From: Macrostomum lignano | Taxonomy: Eukaryota | Direction: 5' to 3' | Assembly: GCA_002269645.1 (NCBI GenBank) | Contig: NIVC01000001.1 | Span: 2,616,988 to 2,680,987, forward strand | DNA length: 64,000 bases | In this document: positions 24,692 through 37,520 of the stretch, in pieces | Layout: each line of letters opens with the position of its first letter | Numbering within the stretch: the first letter of the stretch is position 1 | Translations under genes and position numbers: made by a program | Notes under the pieces: generated by a model | The model's input: only the letters and a program-made list of their open reading frames with translations | The model's database searches: none | What the model was told of the DNA's origin: nothing

Positions 24692-26170
24692 AGATCCCTT
24701 ATAGGCCTAAGCAAATCTAGCCTTGCTAATTGGCAAAAAAGGCAAGGCAGTTAGTTCCCTAGGGCTTAGTGCCCCCCTACTCATAGTACTCACAACTCAT
24801 CCCCTGGCCCTGGTCCCTGGATCTATCACTATATTCTAATATAATAGTATAAGCCTAGGACCTATACAAATATTAAATGGTTTTATTGGTGATCCTTTTA
24901 TTGGTGAGCTAGGCTAATATAAGCCTAATAAGACAGCAATTCATTATCTATAAGGCCTAAGCCTACTAGGCCTACACTATAGTCTAATATAGTCATTGAC
25001 TTATTTAGTTATTTAATAGGCTAGAGCATATTAAATTTAATATTCATTATTAGCAACCTTTAAATAATAGAATTTAAGAACGTTTTTAAATAATATAGTG
25101 GTCCCAAGGCTTGATAACTTATTTTTTTATTATATTTTGCAGACTTGTTTGAAGTTGCTAGGCCTACTATTAGATCCAAGTTTTTTTCATTTTTGATTAT
25201 ATTTTAGTTTTTTAAATTTTAATAAATAAAGTATAGGACTAAGCCTTTGTTTTAATAGATAATGTTTGACACTTTAAAGATTAAGCCTAATCTTAAAGCA
25301 AATGGAAGCTTTGTAGAGATGGCAGAGTTGCCAATAAATGTTTTACTTTTAAAGTTAAAATTTATAAATGTATTGCTATTAATATTAATATACGATTTTA
25401 TCTTTTTTATTCTAAGAAACCATTTATATATTAAAGAATAGGCCATATGTATATAATTCAAACAATTAGGATTATAGGAGTGAATTCAATATAGCTAAAA
25501 TAATCATATTAACAAAGCAAGAAAAAAGATCTAGATGTTTGCAAGAAAAAGGTAGGGAGCAAGCTTGGTTTAATAAGTTGGCCCAATGGAAACACTTTTT
25601 AAAGGAACTGCTAATAAATCAATTTATCTACTAAGCAGATGAATGTTAGTAGTAGACAATATCAATAAAAACTAAATATTGTACATTGTGAAGGTATTTT
25701 GAAAGTAGTATCATTTGGTATGCCTCTAGGCCAGGTTGCAAACAAAGGCCATACTGCCAACCAAATCTTGGGTGCAGACCTTTTGTGGCAGAACTGTATT
25801 ATTATTATTATTATTACTATATTATTGTTATTGTATTACAAGTATAACCAGTGCTATGGTATATTATAGTAACTATAGTAGACTCTCAAGCATGTCTTTG
25901 AGGATCAGCTAGACTTAACACTTCAGCACACTGGCTAGCACAATGAAATTAATGAATTCTCAATGCCATTTTCTAGGCATTTTGGTTGCCAACTTATAGG
26001 GTGATTATTAGATTGCACTTTTCTTGTGCCTCGAGTTTCTTGTTTTACTTTTGTCAACTAATAAGATGGCAGGGAATTAAGCAATCGAATACAAGCCATA
26101 GTTGCTCGGGCTGATTACCTGTTAAATCTCACATTGCCATCGCAGGCCTTGCAGCTTGAGACATTTCCAG

Positions 26171-26538
26171 CCAATTTCGCCCTGATCGGGCAGCAGTTCA
26201 CGCAGGCATTCTATGCCACACTGCAGACCAACAGGGAGCAGCTGGTCAATTTCTATTACGACCAGGCCATGCTGACATACGAGGGCGCCCAGCTAATGGG
26301 CAAGGCTGCCATCATGACTAAGTATCGATCGCTGGGCTTCCAGCACATCAGCACGGCGATCACCAATGCCGACTATCAGCCGGTTGAACGGGGCGTCCTG
26401 ATCGCTGTCAACGGGCAGCTTCGAGTTGACGATGCCACGCAGCCGCTGCCCTTTACTGAAACTTTCCTACTGCGCAGCTTCGGTCAGAGTTTCGCCATTG
26501 TTAATCACATCTTTCGGCTGGGCGTGCACAACTATTGA
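26171..26538 (+). CDS. NTF2: Nuclear transport factor 2 homolog, main coding exon (start exon not found)
   Basis: IGQQFTQAFYATL..NREQLVNFY...MLTYEG..LMGKAAIMTK...DYQP...GVLIAVNGQL..DD...FTETFLL...NHIFRL is the NTF2 signature; acceptor TTTCCAG ends at 26170. Confidence 0.9.
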
Positions 26539-27093
26539 GCAACTCGATCATTTCGCCCCACAAAATCTAATCCGTTTTCACAGATACTGGAATAACTGGA
26601 TGGGCCACTCAGCACATTTGTGTGTGAACTACTTTCAGTTCAGTAGTAAGTTAAACAGAAGCATTTTAATGCATTTTTAAAGCCAAAGCTCGTTTATATT
26701 GGCTTTTACCCCCCAGTTTAAACCTCCAATTGCCCCCGCCCCCCCCCCCCTAAGTTTTATTGCCTTATCGGAATTCCAGCCTAGAGCTGCCATGTACATT
26801 TCACTGGACTGGCCAATTTACATTAAGGCTGAACCAATTAGCAAAGCTGTTTACGCCTGCAAGCTATGGGGTTCTAAACTTATCAAGTCATTTAAGCTGC
26901 CTTTATTTTTATAAAATAGCTTATGTACTCTTCTTTGCTACTGAACTGAAAGTAGAAAGCTGTTTTACTAAGTATATATGCCTGAGTGGCCCATCTAGTT
27001 ATTCTAGTATCTGTGTTTGTTTCTTTACCTAGCAGCGCACGGATGTTGAATTGTTTTCATTTTAGAGCTATTGTCTCAGTCCTCTATTGAATA

Positions 27094-27367
27094 ATATGGT
27101 TTTAGTTATTTGCTATAAGCAGGGGGCGGTGTGCACTTTAAGTTACATTGTCACACAACCCGGCGAGTTAGCGTTAGCGTAACTTTATTTATCGTTAGGA
27201 ATGTACACTTCACTGTGCCTTAGGGGTGGCCCTCGAGGCCGTTAATTGCACGAGCAGAGCCAAGCCGAGATTCCAATTTAGCCCCAAATTAATGCGACTG
27301 CACTTGGAATCGAGCCTGGGCCGCTAGCACATCTGACCACTGGGCCAGACCACTGGGCTACGGCCCC
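27094..27367 (-). mobile_element. tRNA-derived SINE with 13-bp TSD
   Basis: Head GGGGCCGTAGCCCAGTGG (A box), GGCTCGATTCC (B box, plus-strand 27306-16); CCTCTATTGAATA at 27081-93 and 27366-78; body matches 58474-58615. Confidence 0.8.
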
Positions 27368-27909
27368 TCTATTGAATAGGGTTAGTATCTGCTATGTGAG
27401 GAATTATTGATGACATCCAACTGTACTTTCCCTAGCAGCAACAGAATGGTTTACCTTGGACATGCGAGTATATGTATATGAGTTCTAAAATTTCTGAACT
27501 TAGCACCTGAGATACCATACCTGATTTGCTCTAATTAAATCAATAGTTTAGATTTCTACTTGGTCCCTGTCTGTGAGGCAAAAATCATATTTTTGTTTAT
27601 TATTGAAATTGTGTTGATTTGTTTTGTTATTTTAATGCATGCATCCCCTTCCCGCTGCTCACAAACTGCACTGTTAGCTCCAGAGACATCTGCTTTTTTA
27701 CTGATTCGCTTTTCTAATTATATCTTCCCCTCTGTCCACGGACTTCCCGTCTCATCTTTGTGTGATTGTGTGACAGACAGAGTCAGTTTTATTTCTGTTA
27801 ATATGCCACTCATTTATAAATATATTCTATCGATATAAATAGGAATATAACTATTGATATATTTTCATTATTATCGAATCGATAACGAAATATTTTTATT
27901 GGAAAACAC

Positions 27910-27912
<3 letters not shown>

Positions 27913-27957
<45 letters not shown>
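27913..27957. repeat. (GT)n microsatellite
   Basis: Directly visible. Confidence 0.95.
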
Positions 27958-27959
<2 letters not shown>

Positions 27960-28880
27960 TGCATTAGGCATTTCTTGGGACAAGCGTGTATAAACTGACC
28001 CGTGCTATTAGGACCAAAAATGTGTTGGGCCAGGCCCAATAAGTGCGTCCCGACACTTCCAAAAATGAATTCTATTGAAATGAAAAAATATTCATTGGAA
28101 CCGTCTTTCGATTCTCCTTTCAAAAATCATTGTCATTTTTTCATATTTTTAATCAAACACAAGGAATCTAATGATTTGCAGTGTCCTAAGAAGTTTAAAA
28201 AATTATGCGAACTGATGGTCTGATCCAACAGAACAATTGGGTCTCAAATCGGAATTCTCGTTTTATTACAATATTTCTTACAATATCAAGAAAGTCTACT
28301 ACAAGTAACAGATAAAGGTTCCCCACAGGGCTGCCAATCAACACTTGAAAGGATCCACTGACATTTGGCATCGTGTTTACTATAAAATATGAAATAATTT
28401 AATACAGATTTAGAATATTACAAGCAAGCATACAAACCTAATAGATTTAGTATATTTAGATTTTTGCATAGAAACAGCTAGCATCTAAATTCATTAGCTT
28501 CCAATTTCACTTATACACGAAACATAACAAATTAAGGTTACATCCGCTCGTGCCCCGGGCCATTTTAACTGAAATTCTCGTTTTAAATCCGCTGCATTAA
28601 TCTATTTGTCATATGCGAATGGGATTAACGGACTCAAGTTAGTGACTGGAGGCCATTAACGTAAAGTGACACTTTGAGTGAGGTAGTTTTCCGGTGGAAA
28701 TTCTCACAGTCTTATGAAGCGCTTTTAGAGCAAAGAAATAAAGGGCAAAGAAAAACTTTGCATTTCCCGAGAAAACCGAGGACGAGTATTAGAGGGAAAC
28801 GTTTAATCTCTAAGGCTTTAAATGACTTCTTTATTGGCCTGGGTTTGGGCAGCCATACTATGCAGCAAATTTTTTCCTAG

Positions 28881-29418
28881 AATTATGATAATTATCGTCT
28901 GGTATACTGAAATGTACTGAGATACCAAGAAACTTAAGATGACTGCATGGACTGCTAGCACATGTTTGAGTGTCACTGTCACTGTAAAGTCTAAATCGAT
29001 GACTAGTTGGCCCAAAACTACTAGGCCTTCCTGGAAAACAATTCTGCTTATCTTGGATCGTAAAGATAAACCCACGTACAGTGCAGAAGTGTTAGGACAA
29101 GCGTGTACAAGACCCAGGCAATCCCTTACCCAGGCCACGTGTACATTCCTATCGCGGCGGGGGGAAGCGGGGAGGAGAGGCGGGTGCAAGGGAGTCGGGA
29201 TAAAGTTTACACTGAAGTTGAGGCCTACAAGAGGAAGAGCCAATTCTAACGGAAAGGTACATGTAGAAGTTCCCTTTGACAAACGGCGTACTGCATATGT
29301 TCAAAACGAATATAATTCATTTACGAGACCTGCACTACACAGACAAAATGTGCCACGTCACAAGAGTTTCCATGCATGACCTGGCATGAAAGGACTTGGC
29401 TGGGAACCATTACACATA
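28881..29418 (+). pseudogene. Heavily C-to-T/G-to-A decayed coding relic of unknown protein
   Basis: Frame starting at 28881 has strongly C-ending codons but ten stops in about 133 codons, plus excess TGY/CAC/ATG codons. Confidence 0.4.
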
Positions 29419-29748
29419 TGTAAGTAGAATTTAAAATTCTTTTTAAAATTTTATGATTAAATAAAAACTTAACTGGAATTTACATATGTCTTTTCTAAAA
29501 TTCCAGATACGTTGATATCGATAAGCTACCGTTTTCTTCTATAACAAACAGATTTGCCTTCATTGTCCAGTAAGTATTGTCTCGTACTCGTATATGTCGT
29601 ATTTTTGTACGTTGAAAAAAATAATAAGCAGCCTAGTAATACTCTGAGCTCAGTGAAATATAAGAGAGGCGGCACGATCACCTTATTTATCAATTAATTT
29701 ACAACAGCCAGTTGAGCAATCATAAGTAGGCAAAATTTACACTTCTAG

Positions 29749-30080
29749 GAAGAACAAATTTTACTAAAAGTTTCAATCAAAACATTTGGGAAAGAAATCT
29801 CGCACGACACATCGCCCACAGTACTAGAGACTTGGAGAAATACTATGTGAGTTTGCTGGGCAACTAATGTAATATATTACTGTTATAATTCGATAGTCGA
29901 ATTATTTTTTTACCCAAAGCAGTGCTATTGCATAACTAAAGAACAGTATAAAAATGACAGCATTCTAGAACGAGAAACAAAGCTTACGGCAAAGGCAAAC
30001 GCCGAAAGAAAAGCAGGGCAGAGTCAGCAGCAAAAAAGAAGCTCATCTGATTGGAAAGATGGGCGGTCAGCAAAGAGATA
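29749..30080 (+). CDS. Putative spliced exons (29749-29846, 29920 onward) of an unknown gene with a YR box-II-like motif
   Basis: TTCTAG acceptor, GTGAGT donor at 29847, acceptor ending 29919; reads NLARHIAHSTRDLEKYY|QCYCITKEQY. Confidence 0.35.
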
Positions 30081-30423
30081 GGATCTCAGAAAATTGCAAC
30101 TCCTAGTAACTGAAACTCAATTGCAATAAGTGTTTTGTTCTCTAGGGCATTATTAAAACAAGCAAGCCTGCCTGCAGTCAGCTAGTGAGAAAGTAAGTTG
30201 TTGCGGCACTATCGGGAAAGTGAAATTTGTACTCCATCTGACTCACACAAGCAGCAGCGTTGGGACAAACCTCGAGTATTTTAATTGTACAGTAAAATTT
30301 CATTGACAATGAAGCATTTATTAGAACAGCGACATTTAAATCTGTTATCAAACAAATCAGACCGATTTCTCAATAAGTTATTTTTCTTTTGTGCGCCCAC
30401 GCACAGGTTCATCCGCATTCAAA

Positions 30424-33400
30424 CTCGCCGCTGCATCCGTCATTTGGTTCACTTGCTGCTCACAAGCCGCAGCAGCAGCAGCAGCAGCAGCAGCCGCTAT
30501 CCGTGCAGGCAGTCAGTCTATTTGTGGATTTTCTGGTGGATCTGAAGAAAACCCGTCTGGCACAGGATTAAAGAGAAAGAGACAATCTGTTTTGGGTGAG
30601 TATTATCTGCTGTAGAAGTATTGTACACCAGAGTACTTGTGTTACCTGGTAGAGCACAATTCAAAAGCAATGCAACAATCTCAGTGGCATTGTTGGGACA
30701 CCAGCTACAAACGCAAAGAATAGTAAACACAGCCCAGCCTAGCTCAAGGCTAGTAATTTATTGGGCATTTATTGGGACATTGCAGCCAGGCCTATTTTTT
30801 GAACAGCATTTGTTGGGTCGCACTTATTGGGACAATACTGATTCTAATCGCGACTACTTCTGAGTTCTGACTTTTCAAAACAGACCCAGCATTAGTTGAA
30901 CACGTTCTATTAAAGGGTTCCTTTATAGCCTATTAATGATTACTAAAGCAAGCCTATCTTAATTGATTTCTTTTCCTCGCAGCTTCTGAAGTCAGCAACG
31001 CCAGTGACATGCCTAAGAGACAAGAATGCGCTTTAACGATCAGCAGCGAGCATTCTGATCTCGCCGCTGCATCCGTCATTTGGTTCACTTGCTGCTCACA
31101 AGCCGCAGCAGCAGCAGCAGCAGCAGCAGCAGCCGCTATCCGTGCAGGCAGTCAGTCTATTTGTGAATTTTCTGGTGGATCTGAAGAAAACCCGTCCGGC
31201 ACAGGATTAAAGAGAAAGAGACGATCTGTTTTGGGTGAGTATTATCTGCTGTAGAAGTATTGTACACCAGAGTACTTGTGTTACCTGGTAGAGCACAATT
31301 CAAAAGCAATGCAACAATCTCAGTGGCATTGTTGGGACACAAGCTACAAACGCAAAGAATAGTAAACACAGCCCAGCCTAGCTCAAGGCTAGTAATTTAT
31401 TGGGCATTTATTGGGACATTGCAGCCAGGCCTATTTTTTGAACAGCATTTGTTGGGTCGCACTTATTGGGACAATACTGATTCTAATCGCGACTACTTCT
31501 GAGTTCTGACTTTTCAAAACAGACCCAGCATTAGTTGAACACGTTCTATTAAAGGGTTCCTTTATAGCCTATTAATGATTACTAAAGCAAGCCTATCTTA
31601 ATTGATTTCTTTTCCTCGCAGCTTCTGAAGTCAGCAACGCCAGTGACATGCCTAAGAGACAAGAATGCGCTTTAACGATCAGCAGCGAGCATTCTGATCT
31701 CGCCGCTGCATCCGTCATTTGGTTCACTTGCTGCTCACAAGCCGCAGCAGCAGCAGCAGCAGCAGCAGCCGCTATCCGTGCAGGCAGTCAGTCTATTTGT
31801 GAATTTTCTGGTGGATCTGAAGAAAACCCGTCTGGCACAGGATTAAAGAGAAAGAGACAATCTGTTTGGGTGAGTATTATCTGCTGTAGAAGTATTGTAC
31901 ACCAGAGTACTTGTGTTACCTGGTAGAGCACAATTCAAAAGCAATGCAACAATCTCAGTGGCATTGTTGGGACACAGCTACAAACGCAAAGAATAGTAAA
32001 CACAGCCCAGCCTAGCTCAAGGCTAGTAATTTGTTGGGCATTTATTGGGACATTGCAGCCAGGCCTATTTTTTAACAGCATTTGTTGGGTCGCACTTATT
32101 GGGACAATACTGATTCTAATCGCGACTACTTCTGAGTTCTGACTTTTCAAAACAGACCCAGCATTAGTTGAACACGTTCTATTAAAGGGTTCCTTTATAG
32201 CCTATTAATGATTACTAAAGCAAGCCTATCTTAATTGATTTCTTTTCCTTGCAGCTTCTGAAGTCAGCAACGCCAGCGACATGCCTAAGAGACAAGAATG
32301 CGCTTTAACGATCAGCAGCGAGCATTCTGATCTCGCCGCTGCATCCGTCATTTAGTTCACTTGCTGCTCACAAGCCGCAGCAGCAGCAGCAGCAGCAGCA
32401 GCCGCTATCCGTGCAGGCAGTCAGTCTATTTGTGAATTTTCTGGTGGATCTGAAGAAAACCCGTCCGGCACAGGATTAAAGAGAAAGAGACGATCTGTTT
32501 TGGGTGAGTATTATCTGCTGTAGAAGTATTGTACACCAGAGTACTTGTGTTACCTGGTAGAGCACAATTCAAAAGCAATGCAACAATCTCAGTGGCATTG
32601 TTGGGACACAGCTACAAACGCAAAGAATAGTAAACACAGCCCAGCCTAGCTCAAGGCTAGTAATTTGTTGGGCATTTATTGGGACATTGCAGCCAGGCCT
32701 ATTTTTTAACAGCATTTGTTGGGTCGCACTTATTGGGACAATACTGATTCTAATCGCGACTACTTCTGAGTTCTGACTTTTCAAAACAGACCCAGCATTA
32801 GTTGAACACGTTCTATTAAAGGGTTCCTTTATAGCCTATTAATGATTACTAAAGCAAGCCTATCTTAATTGATTTCTTTTCCTCGCAGCTTCTGAAGTCA
32901 GCAACGCCAGCGACATGCCTAAGAGACAAGAATGCGCTTTAACGATCAGCAGCGAGCATTCTGATCTCGCCGCTGCATCCGTCATTTGGTTCACTTGCTG
33001 CTCACAAGCCGCAGCAGCAGCAGCAGCAGCAGCAGCAGCCGCTATCCGTGCAGGCAGTCAGTCTATTTGTGATTTTCTGGTGGATCTGAAGAAAACCCGT
33101 CTGGCACAGGATTAAAGAGAAAGAGACGATCTGTTTTGGGTGAGTATTATCTGCTGTAGAAGTATTGTACACCAGAGTACTTGTGTTACCTGGTAGAGCA
33201 CAATTCAAAAGCAATGCAACAATCTCAGTGGCATTGTTGGGACACAAGCTACAAACGCAATGAATAGTAAACACAGCCCAGCCTAGCTCAAGGCTAGTAA
33301 TTTGTTGGGCATTTATTGGGACATTGCAGCCAGGCCTATTTTTTGAACAGCATTTGTTGGGTCGCACTTATTGGGACAATACTGATTCTAATCGCGACTA

Positions 33401-35609
33401 CTTCTGAGTTCTGACTTTTCAAAACAGACCCAGCATTAGTTGAACACGTTCTATTAAAGGGTTCCTTTATAGCCTATTAATGATTACTAAAGCAAGCCTA
33501 TCTTAATTGATTTCTTTTCCTTGCAGCTTCTGAAGTCAGCAACGCCAGCGACATGCCTAGGAGACAAGAATGCGCTTTAACGATCAGCAGCGAGCATTCT
33601 GATCTCGCCGCTGCATCCGTCATTTGGTTCACTTGCTGCTCACAAGCCGCAGCAGCAGCAGCAGCAGCAGCAGCCGCTATCCGTGCAGGCAGTCAGTCTA
33701 TTTGTGAATTTTCTGGTGGATCTGAAGAAAACCCGTCTGGCACAGGATTAAAGAGAAAGAGACAATCTGTTTTGGGTGAGTATTATCTGCTGTAGAAGTA
33801 TTGTACACCAGAGTACTTGTGTTACCTGGTAGAGCACAATTCAAAAGCAATGCAACAATCTCAGTGGCATTGTTGGGACACAGCTACAAACGCAAAGAAT
33901 AGTAAACACAGCCCAGCCTAGCTCAAGGCTAGTAATTTGTTGGGCATTTATTGGGACATTGCAGCCAGGCCTATTTTTTGAACAGCATTTGTTGGGTCGC
34001 ACTTATTGGGACAATACTGATTCTAATCGCGACTACTTCTGAGTTCTGACTTTTCAAAACAGACCCAGCATTAGTTGAACACGTTCTATTAAAGGGTTCC
34101 TTTATAGCCTATTAATGATTACTAAAGCAAGCCTATCTTAATTGATTTCTTTTCCTCGCAGCTTCTGAAGTCAGCAACGCCAGTGACATGCCTAAGAGAC
34201 AAGAATGCGCTTTAACGATCAGCAGCGAGCATTCTGATCTCGCCGCTGCATCCGTCATTTGGTTCACTTGCTGCTCACAAGCCGCAGCAGCAGCAGCAGC
34301 AGCAGCAGCAGCCGCTATCCGTGCAGGCAGTCAGTCTATTTGTGAATTTTCTGGTGGATCTGAAGAAAACCCGTCTGGCACAGGATTAAAGAGAAAGAGA
34401 CAATCTGTTTTGGGTGAGTATTATCTGCTGTAGAAGTATTGTACACCAGAGTACTTGTGTTACCTGGTAGAGCACAATTCAAAAGCAATGCAACAATCTC
34501 AGTGGCATTGTTGGGACACCAGCTACAAACGCAAAGAATAGTAAACACAGCCCAGCCTAGCTCAAGGCTAGTAATTTGTTGGGCATTTATTGGGACATTG
34601 CAGCCAGGCCTATTTTTTGAACAGCATTTGTTGGGTCGCACTTATTGGGACAATACTGATTCTAATCGCGACTACTTCTGAGTTCTGACTTTTCAAAACA
34701 GACCCAGCATTAGTTGAACACGTTCTATTAAAGGGTTCCTTTATAGCCTATTAATGATTACTAAAGCAAGCCTATCTTAATTGATTTCTTTTCCTCGCAG
34801 CTTCTGAAGTCAGCAACGCCAGTGACATGCCTAAGAGACAAGAATGCGCTTTAACGATCAGCAGCGAGCATTCTGATCTCGCCGCTGCATCCGTCATTTG
34901 GTTCACTTGCTGCTCACAAGCCGCAGCAGCAGCAGCAGCAGCAGCAGCAGCCGCTATCCGTGCAGGCAGTCAGTCTATTTGTGAATTTTCTGGTGGATCT
35001 GAAGAAAACCCGTCTGGCACAGGATTAAAGAGAAAGAGACAATCTGTTTTGGGTGAGTATTATCTGCTGTAGAAGTATTGTACACCAGAGTACTTGTGTT
35101 ACCTGGTAGAGCACAATTCAAAAGCAATGCAACAATCTCAGTGGCATTGTTGGGACACAAGCTACAAACGCAAAGAATAGTAAACACAGCCCAGCCTAGC
35201 TCAAGGCTAGTAATTTGTTGGGCATTTATTGGGACATTGCAGCCAGGCCTATTTTTTGAACAGCATTTGTTGGGTCGCACTTATTGGGACAATACTGATT
35301 CTAATCGCGACTACTTCTGAGTTCTGACTTTTCAAAACAGACCCAGCATTAGTTGAACACGTTCTATTAAAGGGTTCCTTTATAGCCTATTAATGATTAC
35401 TAAAGCAAGCCTATCTTAATTGATTTCTTTTCCTCGCAGCTTCTGAAGTCAGCAACGCCAGTGACATGCCTAAGAGACAAGAATGCGCTTTAACGATCAG
35501 CAGCGAGCATTCTGATCTCGCCGCTGCATCCGTCATTTGGTTCACTTGCTGCTCACAAGCCGCAGCAGCAGCAGCAGCAGCAGCAGCCGCTATCCGTGCC
35601 GGCAGTCAG
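30424..35609 (+). repeat. Macro-tandem array, 633-639 bp unit, 8 full copies plus a partial; each has a (GCA)n tract and an exon-like segment
   Basis: TCGCCGCTGCATCC at 30425, 31061, 31700, 32333, 32967, 33605, 34240, 34879 and 35518. Confidence 0.97.
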
Positions 35610-35810
35610 TTAATTGATGAGTTTTCTGGCAGAGCTGGTTATTTTTTAAGTTTCTGAATCGAGAAGCCGATTAACTGTTGTGTGCTTCACTGGAATATTA
35701 TTCAGAGGACGCATTTTTTTGCAGTCTGTTTCTAATAAAATCCGGTGCAATGACCGCGGTAGAGCTCTAGCATTTGCTTTTTATAGTATTTGTGTATATT
35801 ATTTTTCAAG

Positions 35811-36180
35811 CTATGCTGGAATTGTTGGGACAGCCCCATCCACACTGGCTATGGTGGAATTGTTGGGACAGCCCTATCCACACTGGCTATGGTGGAATTG
35901 TTGGGACAGCCCTATCCACACTGGCTATGCTGGAATTGTTGGGACAGCCCTATCCACACTGGCTATGCTGGAATTGTTGGGACAGCCCTATCCACACTGG
36001 CTATGCTGGAATTGTTGGGACAGCCCTATCCACACTGGCTATGCTGGAATTGTTGGGACAGCCCTATCCACACTGGCTATGCTGGAATTGTTGGGACAGC
36101 CCTATCCACACTGGCTATGCTGGAATTGTTGGGACAGCCCTATCCACACTGGCTATGCTGGAATTGTTGGGACAGCCCCA
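35811..36180. repeat. 38-bp minisatellite, about 10 copies
   Basis: CTATGCTGGAATTGTTGGGACAGCCCTATCCACACTGG. Confidence 0.95.
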
Positions 36181-36795
36181 TACTATAGTGTGTGCTGGCT
36201 TCTGCTATAGTGTGGTTCATTTCCGCATCCTTTTACGTAGCATTCTGTGGGTCCGAATAGCTGACATGTACCTTTTGAGTAATTCTAGTGATTGTGTCAT
36301 AATCAATAAAGTACATTTTTATGAACAGTGGAGTTTCGCTACAGAATTGTTTTTTCCCAGTGGCACTAAATGTAGCAAATTTTGTTTATTCAGATCGTAA
36401 AATTTTTTTGATATGTGTCAATGTCGTTTGTTTTCGATAACCTTAAAGTCCCTTGCCATTTACCATCCTGTCTTCTATAATCTATGATCGCTGAAATTAT
36501 CTGGTGAAATTTGACGTGCTGATATTATTGCCTTAAGTGGAATTCAGCAAGACACCAGGGTTTTTAAATTCTGTTTTAGACAAGTATACATGTACAGTCT
36601 GTTGTGAGTTCAATGCACCTCGAAAAATGCTTTCCAACTGTTTTCAGTAAGCCAAAAGTATGTTGTCAATAAAAATCGATTTGGTGGGTTGAAAATTGCC
36701 TGTGTGGGGACGTGTGTGTGTGTGATTTTTTGTGTGTCGGAGCAGTCCCAATATGTGCAAGCTTTTGCACACTTGGCCAATAAGTGCCTCGTGCA

Positions 36796-36799
<4 letters not shown>

Positions 36800-36830
<31 letters not shown>
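36800..36830. repeat. (GT)n microsatellite
   Basis: Directly visible. Confidence 0.95.
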
Positions 36831-36832
<2 letters not shown>

Positions 36833-36864
36833 ATTTACTATCATTAATATTGGGGTTCTATAGT

Positions 36865-37520
36865 AGAGATAGATGGGCACTGCAGAGGTAATGGTAGAGA
36901 TAGATGGGCACTGCAGAGGTGATGGTAGAGATAGATGGGCACTGCAGAGGTGATGGTAGAGATAGATGGGCACTGCAGAGGTGATGGTAGAGATAGATGG
37001 GCACTGCAGAGGTAATGGTAGAGATAGATGGGCACTGAAGAGGTGATGGTAGAGATAGATAGCCACTGAAGAGGTGATGGTAGAGATAGATGGGCACTGC
37101 AGAGGTGATGGTAGAGATAGATGGGCACTGCAGAGGTGATGGTAGAGATAGATGGGCACTGCAGAGGTGATGGTAGAGATAGATAGCCACTGAAGAGGTG
37201 ATGGTAGAGATAGATGGGCACTGCAGAGGTGATGGTAGAGATAGATGGGCACTGCAGAGGTGATGGTAGAGATAGATGGGCACTGCAGAGGTGATGGTAG
37301 AGATAGATGGGCACTGCAGAGGTGATGGTAGAGATAGATGGGCACTGCAGAGGTGATGGTAGAGATAGATGGGCACTGCAGAGGTGATGGTAGAGATAGA
37401 TGGGCACTGCAGAGGTGATGGTAGAGATAGATGGGCACTGCAGAGGTGATGGTAGAGATAGATGGGCACTGCAGAGGTGATGGTAGAGATAGATGGGCAC
37501 TGCAGAGGTGATGGTAGAGA
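36865..37520. repeat. 31-bp minisatellite, about 21 copies
   Basis: GATGGTAGAGATAGATGGGCACTGCAGAGGT. Confidence 0.95.

Noticed and set aside
27300-27367. tRNA gene
   Set aside because: A and B boxes are present, but there is no cloverleaf and it continues into a repeated body with a TSD, so it is a SINE.
28881-29283. Alternative genetic code (TAA/TAG = Gln) reading
   Set aside because: TGA stops also interrupt the frame, and neighbouring genes use the standard code with TAA/TAG stops.
28818-29379. Overlapping 154-aa (-) and 146-aa (+) ORFs as real genes
   Set aside because: No recognisable domains; both are explained by NTA-codon avoidance in the third, decayed frame.
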